This document shows, in pieces, positions 13,400 to 24,790 of a DNA stretch of 64,000 nucleotides. The stretch is from Octopus sinensis (taxonomy: Eukaryota): positions 28,705,360 to 28,769,359 of the forward strand of contig NC_043019.1 of assembly GCF_006345805.1 (NCBI RefSeq), written 5' to 3'. Position 1 is the first letter of the stretch. Every line of letters starts with the position of its first letter. The notes under the pieces are model-generated. The model was not told where the DNA came from. It saw only the letters and a list, made by a program, of their open reading frames with translations, and made no database searches. Position numbers and translations under genes: made by a program.

Positions 13400-13940
13400 T
13401 ATGAGTCTAATGGCTGAATGTCTGTCATGTCTGGGCCACAATGACCATCTCGTCATCCTTGGAGAGGATTTGCACAGTAACTTTGTTCAAAATGAAGACG
13501 GGTTGTTCACTGTCAACCTCATTCTCTCTTGGTCATGACCATCTTCAACCCTGTGTCCAGATCAGGTTAAGATGACTGGGAATGGAGACAGATGCAGTGA
13601 ATGACCAAGGTGTCTTACTTGCCTAATCTTGCTCTCTGCTCTCCACAAAACGTTGCTGCTGCTTTCCCCATCTGTTGAACCATGAAGCTTTCTTCCCTGG
13701 AGTCCACTGCATCCAGTCTTCAGATTGCATTATGTAGGCAAGCCTTAGCTCTCCAAGAATTAAATATCTCTTGACTATCCTCAATCAAAGCAGTTTATCA
13801 GGGTGTGGCTACCATTGCATGCAAACAGCTACTTGGAGTCACAGGTGAGAGTGGGATGCCAGATGGAAACCAAAGCAGATGAACCACTCCCAGAAGTGTT
13901 GGGTTCTCCCATCAAAGGTGCTAACCCTCCCTAACATCCC
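13400..13940 (-). mobile_element. Unclassified dispersed repeat, possibly a LINE 5' region (copy 1)
   Basis: Homologous to 39500-40800 (e.g. GGTTGAC...TCTTCATTTT.AACAAAGT.AC.G.GCAA and GCAGAGAGCAAGA..AGG.AAGTA.GACA). The LINE assignment is inference. Confidence 0.5.
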
Positions 13941-14294
13941 CATGCCCCTTACTGAGCTTCATAAAGAGATGACAAGGAACCATAAAAAATGGATTAATGG
14001 CATCTTAAAACAGGTTTATCAAACCCATGCCAGCATGGTGAATGCCAGAGCACAGATATACCAAGGGGAAAACTAGGTATTAGAGGTTATCAGCTGTAGA
14101 GTACAAGTGTGATGATATGAACATTTGATGTAGATGAAGAAGGAAGATAGTTGGGTTTTAAAAGTTTCAGAGGATGGAAGTAGAAGGAGCCTGGAAAATA
14201 GGAAGGCCAAAGAAATGGTGAGGATTGATCTTAGAAAGCTAAGCTTCACAAAAGAAATGATGAAGGACTACAAATAAAGATCTACTGTGTTAAC

Positions 14295-14770
14295 CCTTTT
14301 GTTACATATTTCAGTTGAAATACACTGCCTCTCATCATCATCATCATCATAACCATTCGATGTCCGTTTTCCATGCTGGTATGGGTTGGACGGTTTGACA
14401 AGAGCTGCACAAGGCTCCAATTGTCTGCTTTGGCATGATTTCTGTGGCTGGATGCCCCCTTCCTAATATCAATCACATTGCAGAGTATACTGGGCACTTT
14501 TTACATGGCACCAGCACCAGTGACTCTTATATGGTAATAATATGGGTGCTTTATGTGTGGAATCTGGCATGGGTGCTTTGTACGCTGCATCTTTGTTTCA
14601 AATCATTTTTATAATGATAAATTTATTAAAATAACTTTTGTCACTGTTAAGCTGACATTTAGAGCTATAGCATGAAATTATGATGGAAGGCTTTAGTAAA
14701 GATAATTTCAAAAGAGACACTTTGTATCATGGAATCATAAGCAGACTCAGGTAGGTTAGTATTGAAAGGG
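14295..14770 (+). mobile_element. Older piggyBac-like MITE interrupted by a family B SINE
   Basis: TTAA-CCCTTTTGTTAC start and GAAAGGG-TTAA end. The SINE is flanked by a diverged duplication TACACTGCCTCT/TACGCTGCATCT. Confidence 0.55.
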
Positions 14771-17318
14771 TTAAAACTGACTCCTCAAATCCATACCAGC
14801 ATGGGAAAGCAGACATGTAAATGATAAAGATTAAAATCAAATTGATTCTATTGGGCACCCACTACACTTATGGAGTGGTTGGCATTAGGAAGGGCATCCA
14901 GCCGTAGAAACATTGCCAGATCAGACTGGGCCTGGTGCAGCCTTCTGGCTTCCCAGACCCCAGTTGAACCGTCCAACCCATGCCAGCATGGAAAGCAGAT
15001 GCTAAACGATGATGATGATGCCTGATTACTATATCAGGATAGAAGTAGTTTGGGAAGACTTGCACACAAAGCTTATTTTATTTATTATGTAATTGATTGA
15101 CTTAAACTATTTTTAGCATAACATACCTTTTGGTTTTGTCGTTAATATATAATTACAGTAAGAAAATCAATTCCATCACTCTATTTTTGAGCTTGTTCTA
15201 ATTGTACTAGACAATATTGCATGCTTAGTCAACTATAACGAAGTTTACATTAATTAGTTACGGGTTTAATTTCAATGATTTTTTAAAATTCTGATGTTTA
15301 TAATCTTAAGGGTTCAAGTTTTTGTTAACCCTTTGATATCTATCTTTTATCATTTAAGTTTCAATCATTGGACTGTGGCCATGCTGGGGCACTGCCTTGA
15401 AGGGTTTTATTCAAATAAATCAACCCCAGTACCGATTTTTAAACCCTGGTGCTTATTCTATTGGTCTTTTTTTTTTTGCTGAAGTGCTTAGTTACAAATC
15501 AACATCAGTTGTCAAGTGATGGTGGGGACAAACACATACACACATGCACTCAAAAAACTTTGATTGGACCAAGGCACGGTGCAGTGGGACTGAACCCAGA
15601 ACCATGTGGATGGGAAGCAAACTTCTTACCACAAAGCCAAGCCTGCGCCTTACCCTCAAAGAGGACAAACACACACACACACACACACACATATGCACAT
15701 CTCTACACAAGGTGCTACTTTCAGTTTCTGTCTCCGAAATCCACCCACAAGGCTTTGTCTGGTCCAGGGCTATGGTAGAAGACACTTACCCAAATTGCCA
15801 TGCAGTGGGATTGAACCCAGAACCATGTGGTTGGGAAGTAAACTTATCATCACACAGCCACACCTGCACCTTGTTTTCAAAAGGTTAAAACAATATAGTA
15901 TACAGCTTATTAGAGATTAAAGATTACTGGTTGTTGCTATAAATAGTTGTGAATTGTTGATGTCTTCGCTGACTGGATACAAGAAAATAACTGTTTGTTC
16001 ATAAAAACTGATGTTGCTGGTTTTATCTATATGTCTGCCTTGATTGAGAAAACATGTGGCTAAAGGCATTCCACAAGGCTTTGGTCAGCACCAGGCTGAA
16101 GTAGAAGACACATGCCACACAGTGGGACTGAACCTGAAACCATGTGGTTGGGAAGCAAATTTCTTACCACACAATCAACTGCATTGACTCTTTTTGATAC
16201 CAATTCATCTGAACCTGCCCCTGGTTCTATGATACCAACCTCTGGTTTTAAAGGAATTGAAATTAAAATCTTCCCCTAAAATTTCATGTTAAGTTATGTT
16301 CAAAATACTAGTTTAATATTGGTTTCAAATTTTGGCACAAGGCCAGCAAGATTGGTGGGGTGTTGGTTACACTGACCCCAGTGCACAACTACTACTTATT
16401 TTAATGATTCTGAATGGGGGCCCCATGGAGGCACGAGACCTTTGGCATTATATCATGCTTGAGAAGAAGACTCATCGAACTGAGGAAAATTGCAGTCGTG
16501 GTAGATACTGGTCTCATACAAATTGGCATCCATTCCAGGGGCATGTAAAAGCACCCCAGCGCCATGCAAATGGCAGCCGTGCTGGTGGTACGTAAAAGCA
16601 CCCATTACACTCTCAGAGTGGTTGGCGTCAGGAAGGGCATTGCATCCGTAGAAAACCACGTCAGATCAGACTGGAGTCTGGTGCAGCTTTCCAGCGTGCT
16701 AGCCCGGTCAAACTGTCCAACTCATGCCAGTGTGGACAACGGACATTAAATGAAGATGATAATGATGAATGGATGAAAGGCAAAGTTGACCTCGTCAGAA
16801 TTTGAGCCCAGAATGTAAAGACAGACAAAATGGTGTTAAGCATTTTGCCCAGCATGCTATTGACACTGAAAGGATGAAAGGCAATCTCAGCGGAATTTGA
16901 ACTCAGAACATAAAAACAGACAGAATGCTGTTAAGCATTTTACCCAGCATGCTAACGATTCTGCCACTTCACTGCCATACACCAGTTTAATAATGTCAGT
17001 TATTTTAATAAATTTTTCATTATTTTAAAAACTAATTGGAACAAAGTTGGTATATTTCACCAGAAATATGGTAATGAAAGGGTTAAGTATGTTATCTCTA
17101 AATTATCTCTGTCTTATCATAATTACTTCTCTAGTTAGCTTTATTTTTTAAACTCCACACATTAAACATGCTTACATGAACTCAAAACTATTTAACAGTC
17201 TGTGTCTGACCATATATTTATTTGCTTTTATGTTTTTTTAATATCCATCATCTGTATTAAATATGCTAACATTTTAATACTTTCTGTATTGAATATGGTA
17301 ACATTGTTACCATATTAA

Positions 17319-17760
17319 CCCTTTTGATACCAACCCACCTGAAACCACCTCTAGCCCTGTAGTACAAATATCTTCTTTCAAAAGTTCTGAATTAAAATCT
17401 TCCACCAAACCTTAGTCACAATTTGTTTTTAACACTAGCTTAACCCTTTTGTTACTGTATTTATTTGAGATGCTCTTTGTTTCTTTCAATTACTTTAAAT
17501 ATAACAAAGAATTTAGTAAAATAACTTGGTTATCATTCAGCTAGTGTTAGGAACATAAATTGTGACTAAGGTTTGGTGAGAAATTTTAATTCAAAACTTA
17601 TGAAAACAAGACATTTGTACTCAAAACCAGAGCCAGTTTCAGCCGGGTTGGTAACAAAAGGGTTAATGATAACTAAGTTAGTTTACTAAATTCGTTGTTA
17701 TATTTAAAATTAATTGAAAGAAACACAGAGCATTTCAACAGAAATATGATAACAAAAGGG
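17319..17760. mobile_element. Nested piggyBac-like MITEs: a 219-bp copy (17444-17662) inside an oppositely oriented 219-bp copy
   Basis: TTAA at 17315-18, 17440-43, 17663-66 and 17761-64. CCCTTTTG.TAC/GTAACAAAAGGG TIRs. The outer body is the reverse complement of the inner one. Confidence 0.85.
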
Positions 17761-18229
17761 TTAAATATGGTAATATGGTAATATTATATATGGTAACATT
17801 TAGCTTAACTTTAGTTGTCTGTCTATGTCTCATCACACAATCATGTCAAATTAGCTTTTTTATCCTCTCCTTATTAAATACATTAACACTAACAGAGTTA
17901 GGTGCAAATGAGCTGAGAGACAATTGTGAGTCATCAGTGAATGTGTGTGTTGTAAGAGAGATTACTCTGCTAAGCTGAACATGTATTATATAAATGGCGA
18001 TCATACATGCTTGGTTAAGGATGTAGCATGACTTGCTCGTTGAGGCTACATAGGGAAACGATGGGTACCGACTTAAGCAGAGTCAATAAAGCATCTGATA
18101 GAATGCCATGCAGTGTTTACTTCAGCTCCCTGCATTCTGAGTTCAATCCTAGCATCCTAACTAGGTCAATTATGTGTCATTCTTTTGGGAGCTGATAAAT
18201 AAGCTACCAATCAACCGGGGTTGATTCAC

Positions 18230-18415
18230 CTGCCTTCCTGGTTTCCTTCCTTCCTTCCTTCCTTCCTTTCTCCCTCCCTCCCTCTCTTTCTTTCTTTCTT
18301 CCTTCCTTCCTCCCTCCCTCTTTCTTCCTTCCTTCCTTCCTTCCTTTCTTCCTTCCTTTCTTTCTTTCTTTCTTTCTTCCTTCCTTCCTTCCGTTTTCTT
18401 TCTTTCTTTCTTTAA
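18230..18415. repeat. (CCTT/CTTT)n polypyrimidine tract
   Basis: Directly visible. Confidence 0.95.
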
Positions 18416-18466
18416 GAAACCTGTTTGTAGTCAGTCCTACAAAGGAGTGAGCTCTGCTAAGTTTAA

Positions 18467-18687
18467 CCATTTAGCATTCAGATTATTCTGTCACATGTAA
18501 CGATTATTTATCTGCAATGTTTTGAATTAATCATGTGTTGTCTTGTTGCTTCAAGATTTTGATGCTGTGGTTGTTTATTTTTAAGATGACATTGTATGAT
18601 AGGTGTGAGAGGCTGGGTCTGGCCAGTTTGAACATAAAACTGGTAGAGTATTTGGACCAGATTTTGGCCAGTTTCAATGCTAAAGGG
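18467..18687. mobile_element. piggyBac-like MITE family 2 (221 bp)
   Basis: TTAA flanks at 18463-66 and 18688-91. CCATTTAGCATT/AATGCTAAAGGG TIRs. A split homolog lies at ~24900-24960 plus 25540-25655. Confidence 0.7.
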
Positions 18688-20054
18688 TTAAAGTGCGTAA
18701 GAAATGCTATGTATATCACAATACCACTATATGACCCCATTCTTTAAACGAGATGAGGGTCCATGACAAGAATGTTAGCGTTTTGAGTACATAATAGGTG
18801 CAGGAGTGGCTGTGTGGTAAGTAGCTTGCTTACCAACCACATGGTTCCAGGTTCAGTCCCACTGCGTGGCATCTTGGTGCAAGTGTCTTCTGCTATAGCC
18901 TCGGGCCGACCAATGCCTTGTGAGTGGATTTGGTAGACGGAAACTGAAAGAAGCCTGTCGTATATATGTATATATATGTATGTGTGTGTCTGTGTTTACA
19001 TCCCCGTCACTTAGCGGTTCGGCAAAAGAGACCAATAGAATAAGTACTGGGCTTACAAAGAATGAGTCCCGGGGTCGAGTTGCTCGACTAAAGGCGGTGC
19101 TCCAGCATGGCTGCAGTCAAATGACTGAAACAAGTAAAAGAGATGTAGATATAAAAACCTATAGTTTATATTCAACCACGCGCGCGCGTGTGTGTGTGTT
19201 TGTCTTCTCCCCCTCCCCACTGCTTGACAGCTGGTGTTGGTGTGTATACGTCCCCATAACTTAATGGTTTGGCAAAAGAGACTGATTGAATGAGTGTGCA
19301 GCTTCGTCATCATCATCGTTTAACGTCCGCTTTCCATGCTGGCATGGGTTGGACGAATGACTGAGGGCTGGCAAACCAGATGGCTGCACCAGGCTTCAAT
19401 CTTGATCTGGCAGAGTTTCTACAGCTGGATGCCCTTCCTAATGCCAACCACTCCGAGAGTGTAGTGGGTGCTTTTTACGTGCCACCGGCACGGGGGCCAG
19501 TCAGGCGGTACTGGCAACGACCTCACTCGAATCTTTTACACATGCCACCGGCACAGTGCCAGTAAGGCAATGCTGGTAACAATCATGCTCGAATGGTGTC
19601 CTTTACATGCCACTCTGGCAACGATCACGCTCGGATGGTCAATTCATTCAGCTAAAATTTTTCAAAGTGTTGCCCCAGCATGGCCACAGTCTAATGACTG
19701 ACACAGGTAAAAGATGAACGGTGGGGGGGGGGGGTGGAAAAAGTCAACTCAGTTTATTGAGGCTTCTTTGTTCTCTCAGATTAAATCAGTGGAATATCTG
19801 GCAGATAACAATCAGTGTCATATGGCTCTAAAGGCATATCAATTTTGTTGTTTCTATCTGCACTGCACACAATCTGTCCCAGACGAATCTCTCCTCCTCT
19901 CCCCCTCATGTTCACTCACTGCATCCTCCTCCCTCTATCTCCCACTCTCCTTTTGCACTCTTGCAAAGTTAACAAAGTGGTCTATAGCCAGTGTGCGCAT
20001 TTTATGTTGGCAGAATGACCCTCCCAAATATAATAGTATCAGTTACAACATTCA

Positions 20055-20556
20055 GTTGTGTCTGGGGAGAGTCATTCCCTTTTAGTGCCTTATTTAATGC
20101 ACTCACCGGTAAAATTTCCACTTATTTCTTATTTTTATTTTCTAAAATTTTCATTGCGTCTTGCAACCTTTTCAATAGTCTTCATCATCATCATCATCGT
20201 TTAAGCGTCCGCTTTCCATGCTAGCATGTGTTGGACGGTTCAACTGGGGTCTGGGAAGCCAGAAGGCTGCACCAGGCCCAGTCTGATCTGGCAATGTTTC
20301 TATGGCTGGATGCCCTTCCTAATGCCAACCACTCTGTGAGTGTAGTGGGTGCTTTTTATGTGCCACCGGCACAGGTGCCAGAGGAGGCTGGCAAATGGCC
20401 ACGATCAGATGGTGCTTTTTACATGGAGACTATTGTAAAGGCTGCAAGACGCAATGAAAATTTTAGAAAATAAAAATAAGAAATAAGTAGAAATTTTACC
20501 GGTGAGTGTGTTAAATAATAAGGCACTAAAAGAGAATGACTCTCCCCAGACACAAC
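20055..20556. repeat. Long inverted repeat (127/130-bp arms) with a SINE fragment as spacer
   Basis: 20055-20181 is the reverse complement of 20427-20556, with ~6 mismatches and one 3-nt indel counted by eye. Confidence 0.9.
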
Positions 20557-20692
20557 AGAATATGCTTCAACACATGAACTCATATAAAGAATCTTGCAAA
20601 CCAAATCCAAAAACGAAATTACAACATTCAGTTCCATGTAAAACATCTTGCAATACAAATTCAAAAATAAAACATTGCAAGTTTCTTACAAA

Positions 20693-21059
20693 TCTTTATA
20701 TATAAAAGTGAAGTTGTGTGTCTGTCTCCTACAATTTAGATTCCTTAATACTCCTACATTTTGCGGTGCAGTTTAACCAAAACCGGGTATCTTATAGTCG
20801 TGATTCATATCGAGCCCTTCTGGGTATTAGCATGAGTCTACGATTTAAAAAAAAATTTACCATCATTTTTTTCCCATTTTAATGCATTTTTTTCGCTATT
20901 ATATAAGGGAAGTAACTCTCTAAAAACGTCTACGATGAGTCAACGATTTAAAAAAAAATTTACCATCATTTTTTTGCTATTTTTTGGTTATAACTCTCTA
21001 AAAATGCTTATGTAGTTATTTCCCTTACAAATCCGAGCAACGCCGGGCGATACTGCTAG
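20693..21059 (+). mobile_element. Non-autonomous Helitron (367 bp)
   Basis: A|TC 5' end and CTAG|T 3' end with no TSD. Subterminal hairpin CCGAGCAACGCCGG(G) 8 nt before CTAG. Confidence 0.85.
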
Positions 21060-21099
21060 TCTTTTCTAAAAACCTAATGGCGCTTTTTGTCTTTTCCAG

Positions 21100-21195
21100 G
21101 TAGAAGAGTTTGAAATAAGTCGGATGATGGCTGAAAGAAAACTTCGAGAACATAAAGGCAGAATAGTTGATGCATTAGTAGCTTTGACTAATTAA
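21100..21195 (+). CDS. HYPK: HYPK coding exon 3 (VEEFEISRMMAERKLREHKGRIVDALVALTN*), UBA-like C-terminus
   Basis: Branch-like CCTAAT at 21073-21078 and TTTTTGTCTTTTCCAG acceptor ending 21099. Phase 0, stop TAA at 21193-21195. Ends in ALTN as in known HYPK proteins. Spliced product is 118 aa. Confidence 0.95.
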   Translation, partial: VEEFEISRMMAERKLREHKGRIVDALVALTN

Positions 21196-21224
21196 CTTAT
21201 ACTAATTAAAATTTAATACAGGAA

Positions 21225-21230
21225 AATAAA
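21225..21230 (+). promoter_or_regulatory. Candidate HYPK polyadenylation signal AATAAA
   Basis: AATAAA 30 nt after the stop, followed by a GT/T-rich stretch (gttagtgttttggttttta). ATTAAA also at 21205-21210. Confidence 0.5.
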
Positions 21231-22171
21231 CGTTAGTGTTTTGGTTTTTATTTCATTTCATTTTATTATTTTGTTTTGTTCTGTTTGCTTTTATTTGATC
21301 CTCTTCAAACTATGGTTCATCTGTATCAACAAGGAAACCTCCATGTGGTGACTCAACTGCTAGAAATAGCAGCAAGGTCTTCTTCAAATTAGACCCTCAG
21401 TGTGGGTGTGTGAGTAAGAAGTTAACTTCCCAACTACGTGGTTCTGAGTTCAGTCCCACTGTGTGGCACTTTGGGCGGGTGTCTTCTTCATAGCCTCCAG
21501 CTGACCTAAGCCTTGTGAATGGATTTGGTAGATGGAAACTGAAAGAAGCCCATCATATGACACAGAAGGGTTTTATTTATATATATATATAACAATTGCA
21601 GCGTGGAAGGTGTTTATAAGCCATTTAAGAAACACACAAAACCGTTAGATTCACTTCAACATTTAAATTTAATTTGTCAAAATATTTTCGTCGCTTTGAG
21701 ACCGTAACCTGTTCACTGACAAAACTTCGTACTAACCCTAACCCTGACTGCTATCTCTAACATGCTGGTATCTCTTAGATACTCTTGATTATAATTTTAT
21801 ATATGTATGTATTTATACATATACCAGGCTTGTTTAGTTTCTGTCAACCAAATCATAGGCATGAATAAAAAATAGTCTGAGCAACACTGCTTTGTATCAT
21901 TTGTATAATAACAGTAGTCTCTCAAGCCCAAGAAAGACGTTCCACAGTTTCTTGCTGTACAATAGTGTACACCCTCCATCAAACAGACATTTTTCTTTTT
22001 TCAGTACAGGTGCACAGTATATCACATATCAAGTTTTGACTTCATTGTGTGAAGCGATATGAGGTGACGTTTTGCTCATGAACGCAACATAACACCCATC
22101 TCAGGAGTCAAACCCATGACCTCGCAATTGTGAGTAGATCCATTGTGAGTGCAACACCCTAACCACTAGAC

Positions 22172-22380
22172 CAGTGCTTTTCATACTTTTTGCTGGAGTG
22201 GAATCCCAAGGAAACATTCCACTGGCTCGAGGAACCCCTGTGCAATAATTTAATAATTTGATGGAGGGTGTACACTAATTTAATAGTCTTATGCACACAT
22301 ATCTGCACAGGAGAATTAAAAATTACCGCCGATTTTAGCAGTTTTGTAACTTCTTGCGGAACCCTGATTGAAAACCACTG
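22172..22380. mobile_element. hAT (Buster/Charlie-type) MITE, 209 bp
   Basis: CAGTGCTTTTCA/TGAAAACCACTG TIRs. 8-bp TSD CACTAGAC at 22164-71 and 22381-88, fitting the nnnTAnnn pattern. Confidence 0.85.
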
Positions 22381-22396
22381 CACTAGACAATATACC

Positions 22397-22625
22397 TATT
22401 TCTTTACTACCCACAAGAGGCTAAACACAGAGGGGACAAACAAGGACAGACACACGGATTAAGTCGATTACATCGACCCCAGTGTGTAACTGGTACTTAT
22501 TTAATCGACCCCGAAAAGATGAAAGGCAAAGTCGACCTCGGCGGAATTTGAACTCAGAACATAACTGCAGATGAAATACGGCTACGCATTTCGCCCGACG
22601 TGCTAACGTTTCTGCCAGCTCGCTG
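22397..22625 (-). mobile_element. SINE family C monomer (tRNA head plus Deu/Nin-like domain)
   Basis: On the - strand carries TGCCTTTCATC.TTTCGGGGTCGAT.AAAT.AGTACCAG, resembling the DeuSINE/Nin conserved core. 16-19 bp TSD (CTG)CACTAGACAATATACC. Other monomers at ~32860-33100, 39330-39490, 41920-42140. Confidence 0.75.
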
Positions 22626-23641
22626 CACTAGACAATATACCTTCACTTGTATTGAACGTGTACCTGCTAGAAATAGCAATCAAATCATACCCTCCAAAAG
22701 TATGGGTAAGTACACATTGGATAATGATCTGGGTTTCATTAACATTATCCCATGCAATAATCCAGTGAGGTATATGTGTAAACCACAGCTGTCACTTGTG
22801 AGTATGGCTTGGTAAGCATGTATCAAGCTTTCAACTTATTGTTTAAGGTTGTCATGTAGTGGCAAGCATTAGACCATAGACATCTGTCAGCTGTCCCACC
22901 CTTAACCCAGCTGAATATCCAGGATGAAACAGATGATGTGAGCGAGTGGTGCACACACTAAGCTGGTACTTTTTTTTCTTTTTTTTTTTATCAATCTTCA
23001 AAAGGATGAAAAAACAAATTGGACTTTAGCTAGATTCAAACTCTCTTACACGCACACTCTGTCTCTCTCTCAGACTAAAATAGACACAGAAGGAAATATA
23101 CACACTAAAATGTTCATACACACAAAAGTACACACACACTAAAACACAAACACTAAAAGGTTCACACAAACACATACACTAAAAGGTTCACACATGCACA
23201 CACACACACTAAAACAAATACATATACCAAAATGTTCACACATGCACACAGTAAAACCTTCACCTAATGCTGGATATCAGCATTACACTGCACATGTGTC
23301 TAATTTTGTTTTAACTTGTTCTACTAAAATAAATGGTTACAGCTGTTTAATCATCCAACCGTAAAGTGTCACATACACCACGTGTTCTGCTTCAGTAAAC
23401 ATCAAGTCCTTCCTCCTTCCTTGTCTTTCCTGGCGGCCAGTCAACATTACACCAGTTTGATTAATAAACCAGTCTTTATCTTAGTTCTATAGGCAAACAA
23501 AACTGTGGTCTATGGTACTTCCTGAATGCTCCACCGAATAAGAATATTACCTTGAAATATTCAGTATTGGGGCTTGCATGATGGGGATCCATATCTCATG
23601 TAGCATCACTTCAAAAAATAGTTGCTGGTACCTACTCTGTA

Positions 23642-24790
23642 ATTACTCATTCTGCTAGAAATAGCAGTCAAACTTGAACCATGTCCCATGCTGCCCACTT
23701 CTCAATAAATGGTTGCTTGTAACTGTTCTGTGATTACTCATTCTGCTAGAAATAGCAGTCAAACTTGAACCATGTCCCATGCTGCCCACTTCTCAATAAA
23801 TGGTTGCTTGTAACTGTTCTGTGATTACTCATTCTGCTAGAAATAGCAGTCAAACTTGAACCATGTCTCATGCCGCCCACTTCTCAAAAAATGGTTGTTC
23901 ATGCCTGCTCTATATTATTACTCATTCTGCTAGAAATAGCAGTCAAACTTAAACCATGTCTCATGCCGCCCACTTCTCAATAAATGGTTGCTCATGCCTG
24001 CTCTATATGATTACTCATTCTGCTAGAAATAGCAGTCAAACTTAAACCATGTCTCATGCCGCCCACTTCTCAAAAAATGGTTGCTCATGCCTGCTCTATA
24101 TGATTACTCATTCTGCTAGAAATAGCAGTCAAACTTGAACCATGTCTCATGCCGCCCACTTCTCAATAAATGGTTGCTTGTGTCTGTTCTGTGATTACTC
24201 ATTCTGCTAGAAATAGCAGTCAAACTTGAGTCCTGTCTCATGCCGCCCACTTCTCAAAAAATGGTTGCTCATGCCTGCTCTATATGATTACTCATTCTGC
24301 TAGAAATAGCAGTCAAACTTGAACCATGTCTCATGCCGCCCACTTCTCAAAAAATGGTTGCTCATGCCTGCTCTATATGATTACTCATTCTGCTAGAAAT
24401 AGCAGTCAAACTTGAGTCATGTCTCATGCCGCCCACTTCTCAAAAAATGGTTGCTCATGCCTGCTCTATTTGATTACTCATTCTGCTAGAAATAGCAGTC
24501 AAACTTGAGTCATGTCCCATGCCACCCACTTCTCAAAAAATGGTTGCTCATGCCTGCTCAATATGATTATTCATTCTGCTAGAAATAGCAGTCAAACTTG
24601 AACCATGTCTCATGCTGCCCACTTCTCAAAAAATGGTTGCTTGTGCATGCTCTATTTGATTACTCATTCTGCTAGAAATAGCAGTCAAACTTGAGTCATG
24701 TCTCATGCAACCCACTTCCTGAAAAGTAGTTTCATGGTTTCCCATTCCTGTTCTATGTGATTACTCATTCTGCTAAAAATGGCAGCTAAA
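23642..24790. repeat. Minisatellite of 12 full 91/93-bp units plus a partial unit
   Basis: Unit starts at 23642, 23733, 23824, 23917, 24010, 24103, 24194, 24287, 24380, 24473, 24566, 24659, 24760. Confidence 0.95.

Noticed and set aside
23642-24790. CRISPR-like array (repeat with internal hairpin)
   Set aside because: The units are similar along their whole length with no unique spacers, there are no cas genes, and the context is eukaryotic. It is a minisatellite.
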